DNA from: Candidatus Avoscillospira stercorigallinarum
Lineage (GTDB): Bacteria; Bacillota; Clostridia; Oscillospirales; Oscillospiraceae
DNA: 64,000 nt
Assembly: GCA_018713205.1 (NCBI GenBank)
Contig: DVFN01000015.1
Span: 23,553-87,552, forward strand
Direction: 5' to 3'
The translations under genes and the position numbers were made by a program. The notes beneath the pieces are model-generated. The model was given only the letters and a program-made list of their open reading frames with translations. It was not told the origin of the DNA and searched no databases. Of the stretch, positions 9,553 to 18,550 are shown piece after piece. Numbering within the stretch: the first letter of the stretch is position 1; the number at the start of each line of letters is the position of its first letter.

Positions 9553-9585
9553 AAAAAAACCCGGGGCTGTCTTACAGCCGCCGGG
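9553..9585 (-). terminator. intrinsic terminator-like hairpin upstream of sigma gene
   Basis: Minus strand reads CCCGGCGGCTGT-aag-ACAGCCCCGGG followed by TTTTTTT. It overlaps a possible AAGACA-17-TATAGT promoter (-10 at 9545-9550). Confidence 0.5.
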
Positions 9586-9630
9586 AAATTTTCTTGCAGA
9601 TATTTTCCACTGCTCGGTCGCATCAGGCCT

Positions 9631-9876
9631 CAGCGAGGGAAGTGAAAGTCTGGGGACGCGCCGTCTCATACGACGCGTCCCTGCAGACTGTCAAAAACCT
9701 CGCTGAAGATGCCTGTAACAGAGCAGCGGGGGAAGTGTGAAGGGGCCCAAGGGCCCCTTCGCGTTCAATCAACACGTATTTTCAAACTTTTTCAAAAGTT
9801 TGAAAATACGCACAGCGTGGCGAAAAGACTTTTTCGACACGCTGTGGAGACGCGCCGTATGATGTGGCGCGTCCCC
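9631..9876. repeat. palindrome-saturated intergenic element (5 consecutive hairpins, inverted 30-nt ends)
   Basis: Hairpins at 9631-9705 (nested CAGCGAGG/AGTCTG/GGGACGCG arms), 9739-9760, 9775-9810 (13-bp perfect stem), 9811-9846 and 9849-9873. 9652-9681 and the reverse complement of 9847-9876 match at 24/30 positions. Confidence 0.7.
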
Positions 9877-9893
9877 GTGCAAAAGAGAAAGTA

Positions 9894-12800
9894 TTATTCG
9901 GAAAGGGGAGAGCGGTAGAGGAAGGTGACGATTTCCGCTCGGGAGCAGGTCTTGTCAGGGCTGAAGGTGCTGCTGCCGGTGCCCTGGGTGACGTTCTCGG
10001 CCACGGCCCAGAGGACGGCGTCCTTGTAGTAGGCGTTGGCGGGGACATCGGTGAAGGGCACGGTCCCGGAGGAAGCCTTGCCGCTGGCGGCGCGGTAGAG
10101 GAAGGTCACGGCCTCAGCCCGGGAGCAGGTCTTGTCAGGGTTGAAGGTGGTGGCGCTGGTGCCCTGGGTGATCCCCGCTTCCACGGCCCAGAGCACGGCG
10201 TCATAGTAGTAGGCGCTGGAGCTCACGTCGGTGAAGGGGTTTGCCCTGGACTTGGCGGCGGGCTTTCCGGCAGCGCGCCAGAGGAAGGTGACGATCTCGG
10301 CACGGGTGCAGGCCTTGTCGGGGCTGAAGGTATTGCTGCCGGTGCCGTCGGTGACGCCGTTCTCCACGGCCCAGGTCACGGCGTCATAGTAGTAGCTGCG
10401 CTTGGAGACGTCGCGGAAAGTCTGGGTGGGTTGGCTGGGGGTGGTCGCGGACGTGCCGCCGGAGGGCTTGTGCGGCGTGTCGGGCTCGTCGGGATCAACG
10501 GTGGGGAGGTTCAGATTGAGTCCCACGCCCTCCTGGATGGGCAGCACATGGAGCCACTCGCTCTTGGCGGTGTAGGTTTTGCCGTCCTGCTCGTAGGTGG
10601 CCACGATTTGCCACCAGCCTTCCGGCACGTTCCAGGCGTAATTGCCCAGGGCGTCGGAAACCTGGGGGTTGACCTGGCCGTAGTTGGTCATATCAAAGAC
10701 ATAGGCGTTGGCCGCGTCAGCGGTCTCCCCGTTGCCGCCGTAGTACAGCGTGACGGTCGCGCCGGGAACGGGGTTATCCAGCGTGCCGGAGTAGACTGTG
10801 CCGGAGGGGTCCATGATGGGGAGGAAGGTCTGGACGCCGGTGTACTGCGTCTCGCCCGGGAATTCGCCTCCGACGGGGCCAGCTGCCCAGCCGATCCGGT
10901 AGCTCACCGGGGGATTGGAGGTATCACGGTCGGCGAGGTCCAGTTCGCCCTTCCACTGGTTGCGGTCGCCGGGGCCAGGCTCCTCCAGCGGCACTTCTTT
11001 TGTCGTGCCGTCCAGCAGGGTAACATAGATCGTGGCCCACCGAATTTCCCAGCCGTCGGGGACGTCAAATTCCACGGCGTATTCGAACAAGGGCTCGTCG
11101 GGCCAGTAGGTGTAGTAGCTCTGAAGGACCTTGTTGTTGACGTAGTCCACGTCGATGGTCACCGGCACTTTGATGCCGTGGCTGCTGTGGACGATGTTGG
11201 TGATGGAGAGAATAGTCACGCTGACGGAATCGGGATCATAGGTGACGGTCAGCGTCGCGGCGGGCTCGCTGCTGCGGCCCTTGGTGAAATACACCTTGAT
11301 GGTAAAGGTTTCTTTTTGCAGCAGGCTGGCGACCGGCAGGTTCACGGGGATCTTAAAGGTACCCTGAGAACTGACCACGCCCTCATAGATCTTGGAAATC
11401 GTGTTGGCGCTGCTGACATCCAGAGTGGTCTTGTCGCCGGGGGTGCCGTAGCCGCTGACATAGATCAGAGGCACTTTGGTGACGGAAGGCGCGGTGGCCT
11501 GGAAGCCGGAGGCGTTGACCGGCAGAGAGGTCTGATAGGTGCCGGTGCTGGAGGCAGCGGTGGCGGTAATGGTATAATCGCCTTCCTCCAGCGGCTTGAC
11601 GCTGAACCGAATCACCGCCGCGCCGCGCACAGGGATGTCATTCCGCTGAGAGACGCTCACGCCATTGACGGAGAGACTGCCCTCAATCAGCTCCAATCCA
11701 GCGGGAAGCTCGATGGATACGGTGCCGTCGATCACAACGGTATACTTGATGACCACCGGCGCGCCCACGGTCGCCTGGCCGCTGGTGATCTCCATGGCGC
11801 CGGTATAGCCGCTGGGCTCCTGCCCCTCCTCGGAGCTGATGGTGACATCGGTGCAGAGCTTGCCGTCCTCGGTGCTGTCCTCGGTATAGTAGTACCAGTG
11901 ATAGGTGTATTCTGTATCGTTGACAGTCTCCCGCTCTACGACATAAACAAATTGAAGCTCATTGCCAGTGACGTTCGACACGGCGTGGAGCCCTTCGGCA
12001 AGGGTCATCCGATTGACGCCGTCTGTCGTGTTAAAACCGTCCGTACCTTGCCACAATACGGCATTTTGGCCCGTGATATGGATGACGCCGCCCCTGAAGT
12101 CCACACTCGCACCGTCGGAGACGAGACCATAGGTGTTGAAATTCGAGGAACCCAGGAAACTGTGGGTACCGCCGGTAATGGTGAGAGAACCGGTCTCACC
12201 GTCATTGGACGCGGCTAATACTGCAACAGATGGATAGTCAGCACCGTCTCCATTGGTTGTGGCATTCAGGCTGCCGCCGCGGAGCACCGCGCTGCCGTCC
12301 ACGACCATCATGCCGCGAGCGTCGCCATAGGTGTTGATCGTTCCGTCCAGCATGGAAAAGCTGCCGCTGCAATACATACCGACATAATCGGAGGTGACAT
12401 CCAGCGTACCGCCGCTGACGGACATGGAACCCTGACTGCTTTCAAAGATGCCCATGGCCTCGATATAATTACCGGGTTCGAGGACCGAACCGCTGGCATC
12501 CAGCTTCACAGTGCCGCCGGTCTGGTTCATGGAGCCTTGATCCGCAATTTCCAGAGCAATGGCCTTGTGAGCTTCGACTGTCAGACTGCCGCCATAGATA
12601 TTCAGAACGCCGGAAATGGAGTTGAGGCTCCACCAATTGTACGGGGATGCAACATTTTTCACCTGTATTTTGGCGTTGTTACTGATCGTGGCTTCACTAT
12701 TCATATTGACGCTAAGACCCTTAACAGCTTGGAGCACGGTGGTGCCGCCGGTGAAGGTGGCAGTATTGGGCGTGTTGGAGGACATCGCGTCATTGACAGA

Positions 12801-14906
12801 GATTGCGTAGCTGTCAACAGAGTTGTCGTTGGCAGTAATCGTCAGCGTGCCGCCGGACTGAGTCAGGGCGGATGTGCCGAGCACGACGCCGGTTTCGTCC
12901 ATTTCGGTGGCAAGACCGATGCCGTTGCCGTTGGGGAAGTCGATGGTCACATTGCCGCCGGACATGGTCAGCGAACTGCCGCCGCAGATGATGCCGTCGG
13001 TCCAGGCATAGTCGCTGTAATAGGGATTCCCGTCGTCATCATAGCTTGTGCTGTAGTCCACAGGGGCGGTCACGTCAATTTCCAGATCGCCGCCGGAAAT
13101 GGCCATGCTGCTCTGATTCAGATTGATGCCCTGCCAGTAGCTTTCCAGGCTGACATCGGCTGTACCGGCGATCTCCAGGCGGCAGTCCTTTCGGACCGCC
13201 ATACCGGTCATGGCCTTCATCGTGGCGGAACCGCCGCGGAAGACGGCGGAGACAGCGGAGCCGTCTTCCGAATATGTCTCGAGGCCGACGTTTTCAATCT
13301 CGCCGGTGGTGGTGACGGTCAGCGTACCGCCGGACTGGGTGAAGGAGCAGGCACCGGAGGTATTGTCTGTCCAGTTGTTCATGCTGATGCCTGCGCCGTC
13401 TTCATAGTCCAGCGTGACCGTGCCGCCCTGGAGCGAGAACGTGCTTCGGTCCAGGGCAACGGTCCGGACCCGGGCGTAAGTATCCTCTGTCTCGCCGTTC
13501 TCGTCCCAGATCGGACTGCGGTCCGTGGTTTCGTCGGCGTCCATGTCAAGATCCAGCGTACCGCCGGTCATGGTCAGGCTGGAGTCGTTCAAATATACGG
13601 CATGATTATGGGCGGTGATATGGACATCGGCGTTGGAGGCAATGGACACCTGGGAGCCCTGATTGGCCAAGATGCCCGTCTGTCCGGTGAGGCGGGTGGT
13701 ACCGCCGCGGAAGGTCAAGGTGTTCTGGGCATTACGGCCATCTGTGATGATGGCGTTTGTAATTTTGGCGCCTTCGCGGGGCGTTACCTTGAGGCTGCCG
13801 CCGGATTGCGTAAAGGACGCAGTGACCGGCTCGTCGCTGTTGCCGAGCTCAATGCCGTTTCCGTTGCCATAGTGAATGTTAACATTGCCGTCTGTCAGGT
13901 TTACGACGCCGTCGTGGAGATAAATGCCATGGGTCCAGACATCGGCTTCGTCATACGAATTGCCTGCCTCGTCTACTTTCTCTGTGGTGGTAGTAGGCGC
14001 GGTCAAGTCAATATCCAGGCTGCCGCCGGAGATATTGAGTGTGGCGTCCATCAGGACAAGGCCCTCGGAATAGGCGGTGATGTTGACATCTGCGTTGTCT
14101 TGGATGGTCATGGAGTTGCGTGAAACGGATTCTTCGCTGTGCCAAAACTCAATGCTTCCATCGCCGGTAAAAGCAGCATCACCGGAAATGACAACAGTGC
14201 CGGAACAGATGCTCAGAGATTTTTCGCCAGCGGCAAATAATTGGGCGTTGCCGGTGACCGTGAGGCCCACACCGCTTCCGTCCGAGCCGATGGCGCTGGT
14301 CATAGTTTGAATGGGATTGCCGTTTTCATCCTCCCAGCCCATGTAGGTACCGTTGATTTGCGCCGTGACGACGGCCTGGTCCTGGATGGTCAGCGAACTG
14401 CCTTCGCACAGCAGGATGGCGTTGCCGTCGTTGGAGGCTTGGGTCGTAGCGGTCAGAGAACCGCTGCCGGTCATGGTGACGTTGACACCGCCGCCGAAGC
14501 TGATGCAGTGGTAGGTGCCGTTGGGATCAATTTCTGCATCTTGATATGCTGTAAAGATGTTTTGCCCCTCCAGTACGATCTTCAGATCCGAGGTGGGCAG
14601 CCAGTAGTCGTCAGGCCCCAACTGAAACAGTGTATGAAAGGTTTCCAAATTCGCGCCGTTGAAGGTCAGCGTATTGGAGTCCAAGTCATAGCTGACGCCG
14701 TCGGGAAGTGCAGTCTTTGATTCATCCTCACAGAAAATGACTTGCTCTCCCTGCTCGTTCAGTTCGACAGAGTACATCAAATCATCGAACAAAAAACTTG
14801 CTTGTTGCGGGGGCTGGACCTCGTCCGCAGTTCCCGCCGCCAGCGCCAGGGGCGCCAGAACCAGCAGCAGGACCAGGGTCAGGACCAGCAGAATGCTTCG
14901 TTTCAT
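9894..14906 (-). CDS. giant cell-surface protein with C-terminal triple SLH anchor
   Basis: Start trimmed to ATG 14906 (MKRSILLVLTLVLLLVLAPLALAAG signal peptide) after AGGAGG. About 156-aa tandem repeats (motif FTQSGG(S/T)L.VT) in about 12620-14510. Cna-B/carboxypeptidase-regulatory-like domain. Three SLH repeats at 9912-10418. Confidence 0.85.
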   Translation of the reverse strand: MKRSILLVLTLVLLLVLAPLALAAGTADEVQPPQQASFLFDDLMYSVELNEQGEQVIFCEDESKTALPDGVSYDLDSNTLTFNGANLETFHTLFQLGPDDYWLPTSDLKIVLEGQNIFTAYQDAEIDPNGTYHCISFGGGVNVTMTGSGSLTATTQASNDGNAILLCEGSSLTIQDQAVVTAQINGTYMGWEDENGNPIQTMTSAIGSDGSGVGLTVTGNAQLFAAGEKSLSICSGTVVISGDAAFTGDGSIEFWHSEESVSRNSMTIQDNADVNITAYSEGLVLMDATLNISGGSLDIDLTAPTTTTEKVDEAGNSYDEADVWTHGIYLHDGVVNLTDGNVNIHYGNGNGIELGNSDEPVTASFTQSGGSLKVTPREGAKITNAIITDGRNAQNTLTFRGGTTRLTGQTGILANQGSQVSIASNADVHITAHNHAVYLNDSSLTMTGGTLDLDMDADETTDRSPIWDENGETEDTYARVRTVALDRSTFSLQGGTVTLDYEDGAGISMNNWTDNTSGACSFTQSGGTLTVTTTGEIENVGLETYSEDGSAVSAVFRGGSATMKAMTGMAVRKDCRLEIAGTADVSLESYWQGINLNQSSMAISGGDLEIDVTAPVDYSTSYDDDGNPYYSDYAWTDGIICGGSSLTMSGGNVTIDFPNGNGIGLATEMDETGVVLGTSALTQSGGTLTITANDNSVDSYAISVNDAMSSNTPNTATFTGGTTVLQAVKGLSVNMNSEATISNNAKIQVKNVASPYNWWSLNSISGVLNIYGGSLTVEAHKAIALEIADQGSMNQTGGTVKLDASGSVLEPGNYIEAMGIFESSQGSMSVSGGTLDVTSDYVGMYCSGSFSMLDGTINTYGDARGMMVVDGSAVLRGGSLNATTNGDGADYPSVAVLAASNDGETGSLTITGGTHSFLGSSNFNTYGLVSDGASVDFRGGVIHITGQNAVLWQGTDGFNTTDGVNRMTLAEGLHAVSNVTGNELQFVYVVERETVNDTEYTYHWYYYTEDSTEDGKLCTDVTISSEEGQEPSGYTGAMEITSGQATVGAPVVIKYTVVIDGTVSIELPAGLELIEGSLSVNGVSVSQRNDIPVRGAAVIRFSVKPLEEGDYTITATAASSTGTYQTSLPVNASGFQATAPSVTKVPLIYVSGYGTPGDKTTLDVSSANTISKIYEGVVSSQGTFKIPVNLPVASLLQKETFTIKVYFTKGRSSEPAATLTVTYDPDSVSVTILSITNIVHSSHGIKVPVTIDVDYVNNKVLQSYYTYWPDEPLFEYAVEFDVPDGWEIRWATIYVTLLDGTTKEVPLEEPGPGDRNQWKGELDLADRDTSNPPVSYRIGWAAGPVGGEFPGETQYTGVQTFLPIMDPSGTVYSGTLDNPVPGATVTLYYGGNGETADAANAYVFDMTNYGQVNPQVSDALGNYAWNVPEGWWQIVATYEQDGKTYTAKSEWLHVLPIQEGVGLNLNLPTVDPDEPDTPHKPSGGTSATTPSQPTQTFRDVSKRSYYYDAVTWAVENGVTDGTGSNTFSPDKACTRAEIVTFLWRAAGKPAAKSRANPFTDVSSSAYYYDAVLWAVEAGITQGTSATTFNPDKTCSRAEAVTFLYRAASGKASSGTVPFTDVPANAYYKDAVLWAVAENVTQGTGSSTFSPDKTCSRAEIVTFLYRSPLSE

Positions 14907-15094
14907 ATGCTTCCTCCTCATTCGTATTGGAATGGGCGAAACCGTGCCGCCCAATTCCGCGCATAAAAATACCCTATGCACCATTATAGCGGCACAGAGG
15001 GTATAATTGGTATGCAGGCTGCATACTTTTGCAAAAAAACATATTTGTGCCAGCCCTACGGCCAATCGCGGACCGGCGCGACGTGGCCGGATGC

Positions 15095-15202
15095 CTGAGA
15101 GGGAAGGCTCCCCTTGAGGGGAGCTGTCAGCCGCAGGCTGACTGAGAGGTGTTGCCGCACCGAAAGTTTGCCGCAGGGCATCGGCGAGCGCAGAGGGCGC
15201 TC
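15095..15202. repeat. double-hairpin element flanked by CTGAGAGG direct repeats
   Basis: GCTCCCC-ttga-GGGGAGC (15107-15124) and GTCAGCC-gca-GGCTGAC (15126-15142), bracketed by CTGAGAGG at 15095-15102 and 15142-15149. A third hairpin GAGCGC-agagg-GCGCTC lies at 15186-15202. Confidence 0.6.
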
Positions 15203-15236
15203 CACGAGGCGACACACTGTTTTGCACACGGGATCT

Positions 15237-15566
15237 GGCGGACGCGCCATGCGCGCCCCTACGGCAGGAGGACCCAACGGGCCGTGGTGGGAACCGGCAC
15301 CCGGTTTCGGGCGGATATGCAATCCGCCCCTACGGCAAGATGGCTGACGCGGCGTAGGGGCGCATTGTATATGCGCCCTTGCCCAGCTGCCGGAACCAAT
15401 AGGGCTGCGACAACAGCGCACCAGGTTCCGACGGCATGTGGGCATGCCGCCCTACAAGATTCGACAAAGGCGCGGTGGGAATCGGGGGCCTGCACGGGCG
15501 GCCATAAAGGCCGCCCCTACAGGAAAACCGGAGGCATGGCGTAGGGGCGGATTATCTATCCGCCCG
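15237..15566. repeat. REP/BIME-like cluster C (6 units)
   Basis: Units 15237-15262(-), 15308-15333(-), 15354-15378(+), 15433-15455(-), 15495-15520(-), 15541-15566(+). Confidence 0.9.
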
Positions 15567-15598
15567 AGCCGCGGCCCCGGTTCACGGGAATGGAACTG

Positions 15599-17494
15599 CT
15601 ACACGACCAGCTGGAATGGGGGCTCGCCCAGAGCCTGTCGGATGGCGTCAGCCTGGTCGGCGGTGCACTGGACCTGGACCAGCTGGCCGCAGTCGTCCAG
15701 AGGCGTCCAGTCCGAGACGGTCAGACCGGCGGCCAGCAGAGTGGAGAGCTTCGGCATCTCAGTCAGGGGCGACAGATCCAAGGGTGGGGCGCACAGAATT
15801 TGCAGGGTCTGCACCTGGGCGAGATCGCCGGCCCCATCCAGAGATGCCAAGGTATCCTGGTGCAGGAAGAGGTACGTCAGGTGCGGCAGCTGCGCCAGAG
15901 GGGTCAGATCGGCCATGCCCCGGACGTGCCACAGGAAGAGCTCCCGGATTTCCGACAGGGACAGAATGGTCTCCAGCTGCGGGGCGGTCACAGGCCGCAG
16001 GAACAGCGTCCGCAGCTTGGGAAGCGCAGAGAGCGTAGAAATATCCTCCAGCTTCTCTATGTCGTGAAGCTGCAGCAGCGTCAGATTGTCCAGGCCGGAT
16101 AAGGACTGCAGATCGGTCAGGGCCGTGGCCCCGGCATTGAGACCGGAGAGCTTGGCGCACTGGGCCAGCGGGGAGAAATCGGAAACGGGGTTGCCGGACA
16201 CCGTCAGCTCCTGGAGTTCTCCGCAGGCGGCCAGAGGGGACAGGTCGGTGATGGCATTGTTGGCCAGGCACAGCTGCACCAGGCCGGTACACTGGGCCAG
16301 GGGCGTGAGATCCGATATGTTCTGAGAGGCCAGAGCCAGCACCCGCAGATTGGGCATCTGGGCCAGATCCTCCAGCGTGTCCACGGCGCCTGCTTCGATA
16401 ACCTGGACGCCGTCCAGCGCCACATAGGAGCCGGTGGCGGTGAGCCGCTCCCAGCGGTCGAAGGACTGACCGCCGCAGAGCAGCAGCGTTTCAACCTGCG
16501 CCAGGTCGCCCCGGGTCACCTGGTCGGGCTCCTGGCCCAGCTGCCGGCAGACCTCGGCCTCGATGGTGGAGGAGGCGAAGACATAGGGCTCGGCGTCGCG
16601 GATTGCGGCGGCAGCGGCTTCCTGCCGGACCTGATGCGCCGTCACGGCGTCGGCGATGACAGGCGGGAGGAAGATGGCGGCCAGTACCGCCGCCGTCAAT
16701 ACGGCGGTCAGAGGGCCGAAGCGATGGGCCCAGTAGGCCAGCGGCGCTTGCCGCAGCGCCAGCCCCACGGCGGCGGCGTCCGGATAGCGGTCCTCGGGCG
16801 CGAAGCGGGTGCAGCGCTGAATCACCGGCTGGAGCACCGGCGGCACCGTGCCCTGGTCCAGGAAGGGCGTCCCGGCGGCCAGCTCGTGGAGCAGCACGCC
16901 CAGGGCGTAGACGTCGGACCGGGCGTCGGTCTGCCGGAAGCCGAACTGCTCCGGCGGGGCCGAGGCCGGCGTCCCCAGCACCTGGGTATCCCGGCAGGCC
17001 CCGGCCTCAAACCGGCGGGAGATGCCGAAGTCGATCAGGTACAGCTGCCCCTCGGGGGTGCGGATGATGTTTTCCAGCTTGATGTCCCGGTGGATGACCG
17101 GCGGGTCCTGCCGGTGGAGCCGCCGGAGAATGGCGCAGATTTCCAGACCGATGTCCCGAACCTCGCGGGCCGGCAGCGGTCCGCGCTTCTGCGCATAGTC
17201 CAGCAGCGTCTCGCCGGGCACATAGACCCGCAGCAAATAGGTCCAGCCATTTTCCTGAAAGACCTGGAGGCTTTCGGGAATGCCGGGTCCGGCCAGCTGC
17301 CGGAGCAGCTGGTGCTCATCCTGCAGTTGACTTTGCTTGTCGGAAGCACGCTTGCAGATGATCTGAAGCCCCGTTCTCCGGTGACGCAGCAGCAGCGTCT
17401 GCCGCCAGCCCCTGTCCTGCAGCAGCGCCAGAGGCTGATATTCGTCGAGAAGCCGGGGCGGAAGATAGCTTGCCAGTTCCATGGCGCGCCTCAC
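15599..17494 (-). CDS. Ser/Thr protein kinase with extracellular leucine-rich-repeat domain
   Basis: Hanks kinase motifs (HRDIKLENII, DFGISR, GTPASAPPEQ), one TM (LTAVLTAAVLAAIFLPPVI), and internalin-like 22-aa LRRs (L..L..L.L..N.I.DLSPL). Start is either GTG 17494 (GTGA overlap with the upstream gene) or ATG 17482. Confidence 0.85.
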   Translation of the reverse strand: MRRAMELASYLPPRLLDEYQPLALLQDRGWRQTLLLRHRRTGLQIICKRASDKQSQLQDEHQLLRQLAGPGIPESLQVFQENGWTYLLRVYVPGETLLDYAQKRGPLPAREVRDIGLEICAILRRLHRQDPPVIHRDIKLENIIRTPEGQLYLIDFGISRRFEAGACRDTQVLGTPASAPPEQFGFRQTDARSDVYALGVLLHELAAGTPFLDQGTVPPVLQPVIQRCTRFAPEDRYPDAAAVGLALRQAPLAYWAHRFGPLTAVLTAAVLAAIFLPPVIADAVTAHQVRQEAAAAAIRDAEPYVFASSTIEAEVCRQLGQEPDQVTRGDLAQVETLLLCGGQSFDRWERLTATGSYVALDGVQVIEAGAVDTLEDLAQMPNLRVLALASQNISDLTPLAQCTGLVQLCLANNAITDLSPLAACGELQELTVSGNPVSDFSPLAQCAKLSGLNAGATALTDLQSLSGLDNLTLLQLHDIEKLEDISTLSALPKLRTLFLRPVTAPQLETILSLSEIRELFLWHVRGMADLTPLAQLPHLTYLFLHQDTLASLDGAGDLAQVQTLQILCAPPLDLSPLTEMPKLSTLLAAGLTVSDWTPLDDCGQLVQVQCTADQADAIRQALGEPPFQLVV

Positions 17495-17943
17495 AGCAGG
17501 GCCAGCTCGCCGCAGCTGGTCAGCAGTTCATCGGTATCGTAGAGGTGCAATCGGTGGCTGAGACAGTAAATCATCACGGCGTCCCGTCGGATTCGGGGAT
17601 AGAGCGCGCCCCGCTGCGCCGCACGCAGCAGCCGCTGCGTTTCCTCCAGCGTCAGCTCCAGCACCACGGACAGCCGCAGGATGATATCGCGGCTGGGGGC
17701 GCGGAGTCCGCTGCAAAGCTGGTAGGTAAAGGAACGGCTGAGCATGGCCAGCGAGCTGAGCTGATGGGGCGTCAGACCCCGCGCCTCCAGCATCTGAGCC
17801 AGCAGGTCGGAAAAGCCGGGGGCATTCAAATTATCCTGGATCATATTCAGCGTGGGCTGCAGTGTCTCGGCCTGCTGCAGAATGGTCTCCAGCTCTTGGG
17901 TCAGCAGTCGGGACGCCGGACCGCTTTGAACCGTTTCGTTCAC
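17491..17943 (-). CDS. XRE-like helix-turn-helix protein co-transcribed with kinase
   Basis: Start set at GTG 17943 after a GAGGAGG RBS. HTH segment GLTPHQLSSLAMLSRSFTYQLCSGLRAPSRDIILRLS. Its stop overlaps the kinase start. Confidence 0.6.
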   Translation of the reverse strand: MNETVQSGPASRLLTQELETILQQAETLQPTLNMIQDNLNAPGFSDLLAQMLEARGLTPHQLSSLAMLSRSFTYQLCSGLRAPSRDIILRLSVVLELTLEETQRLLRAAQRGALYPRIRRDAVMIYCLSHRLHLYDTDELLTSCGELALL

Positions 17944-18064
17944 AGGGATTACCTCCTCGGAGCGCCGCCTCCCTGGGGGAAGGCAAAACGAATTGGATTG
18001 CATTGGGAATAGTATAACAGCCGCGTTCAGGCATTGCAAGAAGGCGCGTATCATTCCGGCCATC

Positions 18065-18090
18065 AAAAAACCACCCCGAAGGGTGGTTTT
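18065..18090 (-). terminator. intrinsic terminator after ACT-domain gene
   Basis: AAAACCACCC-cgaa-GGGTGGTTTT. On the minus strand it is followed by TTTTTT, 12 nt after the stop at 18102. Confidence 0.75.
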
Positions 18091-18101
18091 AGGAGAGAGG
18101 C

Positions 18102-18536
18102 TCAGCCCTGAATGCCCAGGTCCTCGGTGCCGACGGGGTTGATGCCGTGGCTCTTGAGGGTTGCGGTGAAGCTCTCATCGTCGCTGACGCGGAAGACCAT
18201 GTAGGCCTGGCCGTCGGTGTGGGTGAAGAGGGAGTACATATACTCGATGTCGATGTTGGCCTCGGCCAGGAGCTGCAGCACCGGCGCCAACCCGCCGGGA
18301 TGATCCGGCACGGCCACCACGGTGACGGGCGTCATGGAGAGGATAAAGCCGTGCTCTAAGAGCAGGGTCGTGGCCTGCTGGGGCCGGTCCACGATCAGCC
18401 GCAGGACGCCGTAGTCGGCGGTCTCGGCGATGGAGATGGCCCGCATATCGATGCCGTTCTGGGCCAGCACCTGGGTGATTTCGGACAGCTGTCCGGCGCG
18501 GTTTTCCAGGAATACGGAGATCTGATGTACCGTCAT
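18102..18536 (-). CDS. ACT domain-containing protein (PaaK-associated)
   Basis: Start trimmed to ATG 18536 (MTVHQISVFLENRAGQLSEIT). Two ACT-like halves. The track ORF to 18920 is an out-of-context extension overlapping paaK. Confidence 0.85.
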   Translation of the reverse strand: MTVHQISVFLENRAGQLSEITQVLAQNGIDMRAISIAETADYGVLRLIVDRPQQATTLLLEHGFILSMTPVTVVAVPDHPGGLAPVLQLLAEANIDIEYMYSLFTHTDGQAYMVFRVSDDESFTATLKSHGINPVGTEDLGIQG

Positions 18537-18550
18537 GTTGTCGTCTCCTT

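Noticed and set aside
9864-14123. 784-aa and 528-aa plus-strand ORFs (9864-12218, 12537-14123) opposite the SLH surface-protein gene
   Set aside because: The translations are G/V/A/D-rich mirror images of the repeat-rich sense protein. They have no RBS or signal features. The sense strand carries a signal peptide, SLH repeats and a proper RBS.
14907-15227. N-terminal extensions of track ORFs into promoter or repeat DNA (SLH gene to 15227; also 25658-25810, 47245-47325, 60106-60237, 23867-23908, 3511-3579, 4761-4883, 61143-61382, 62348-62491)
   Set aside because: The extensions lack RBSs, run through repeats or AT-rich promoters, and precede internal starts that have good RBSs and canonical N-termini (signal peptides, conserved first motifs).
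15056-16067. Small ORFs inside repeat fields (e.g. 15056-15445, 15149-15544, 15438-16067, 33903-34109, 34304-34537, 45651-45953, 51807-52052, 52157-52351) with recurring peptides such as MPTCR.., GMPPY.., GGLYGRP
   Set aside because: Their similarity to one another is a by-product of translating the GTAGGG hairpin repeats in various frames. They have no RBS and no consistent frame or length.
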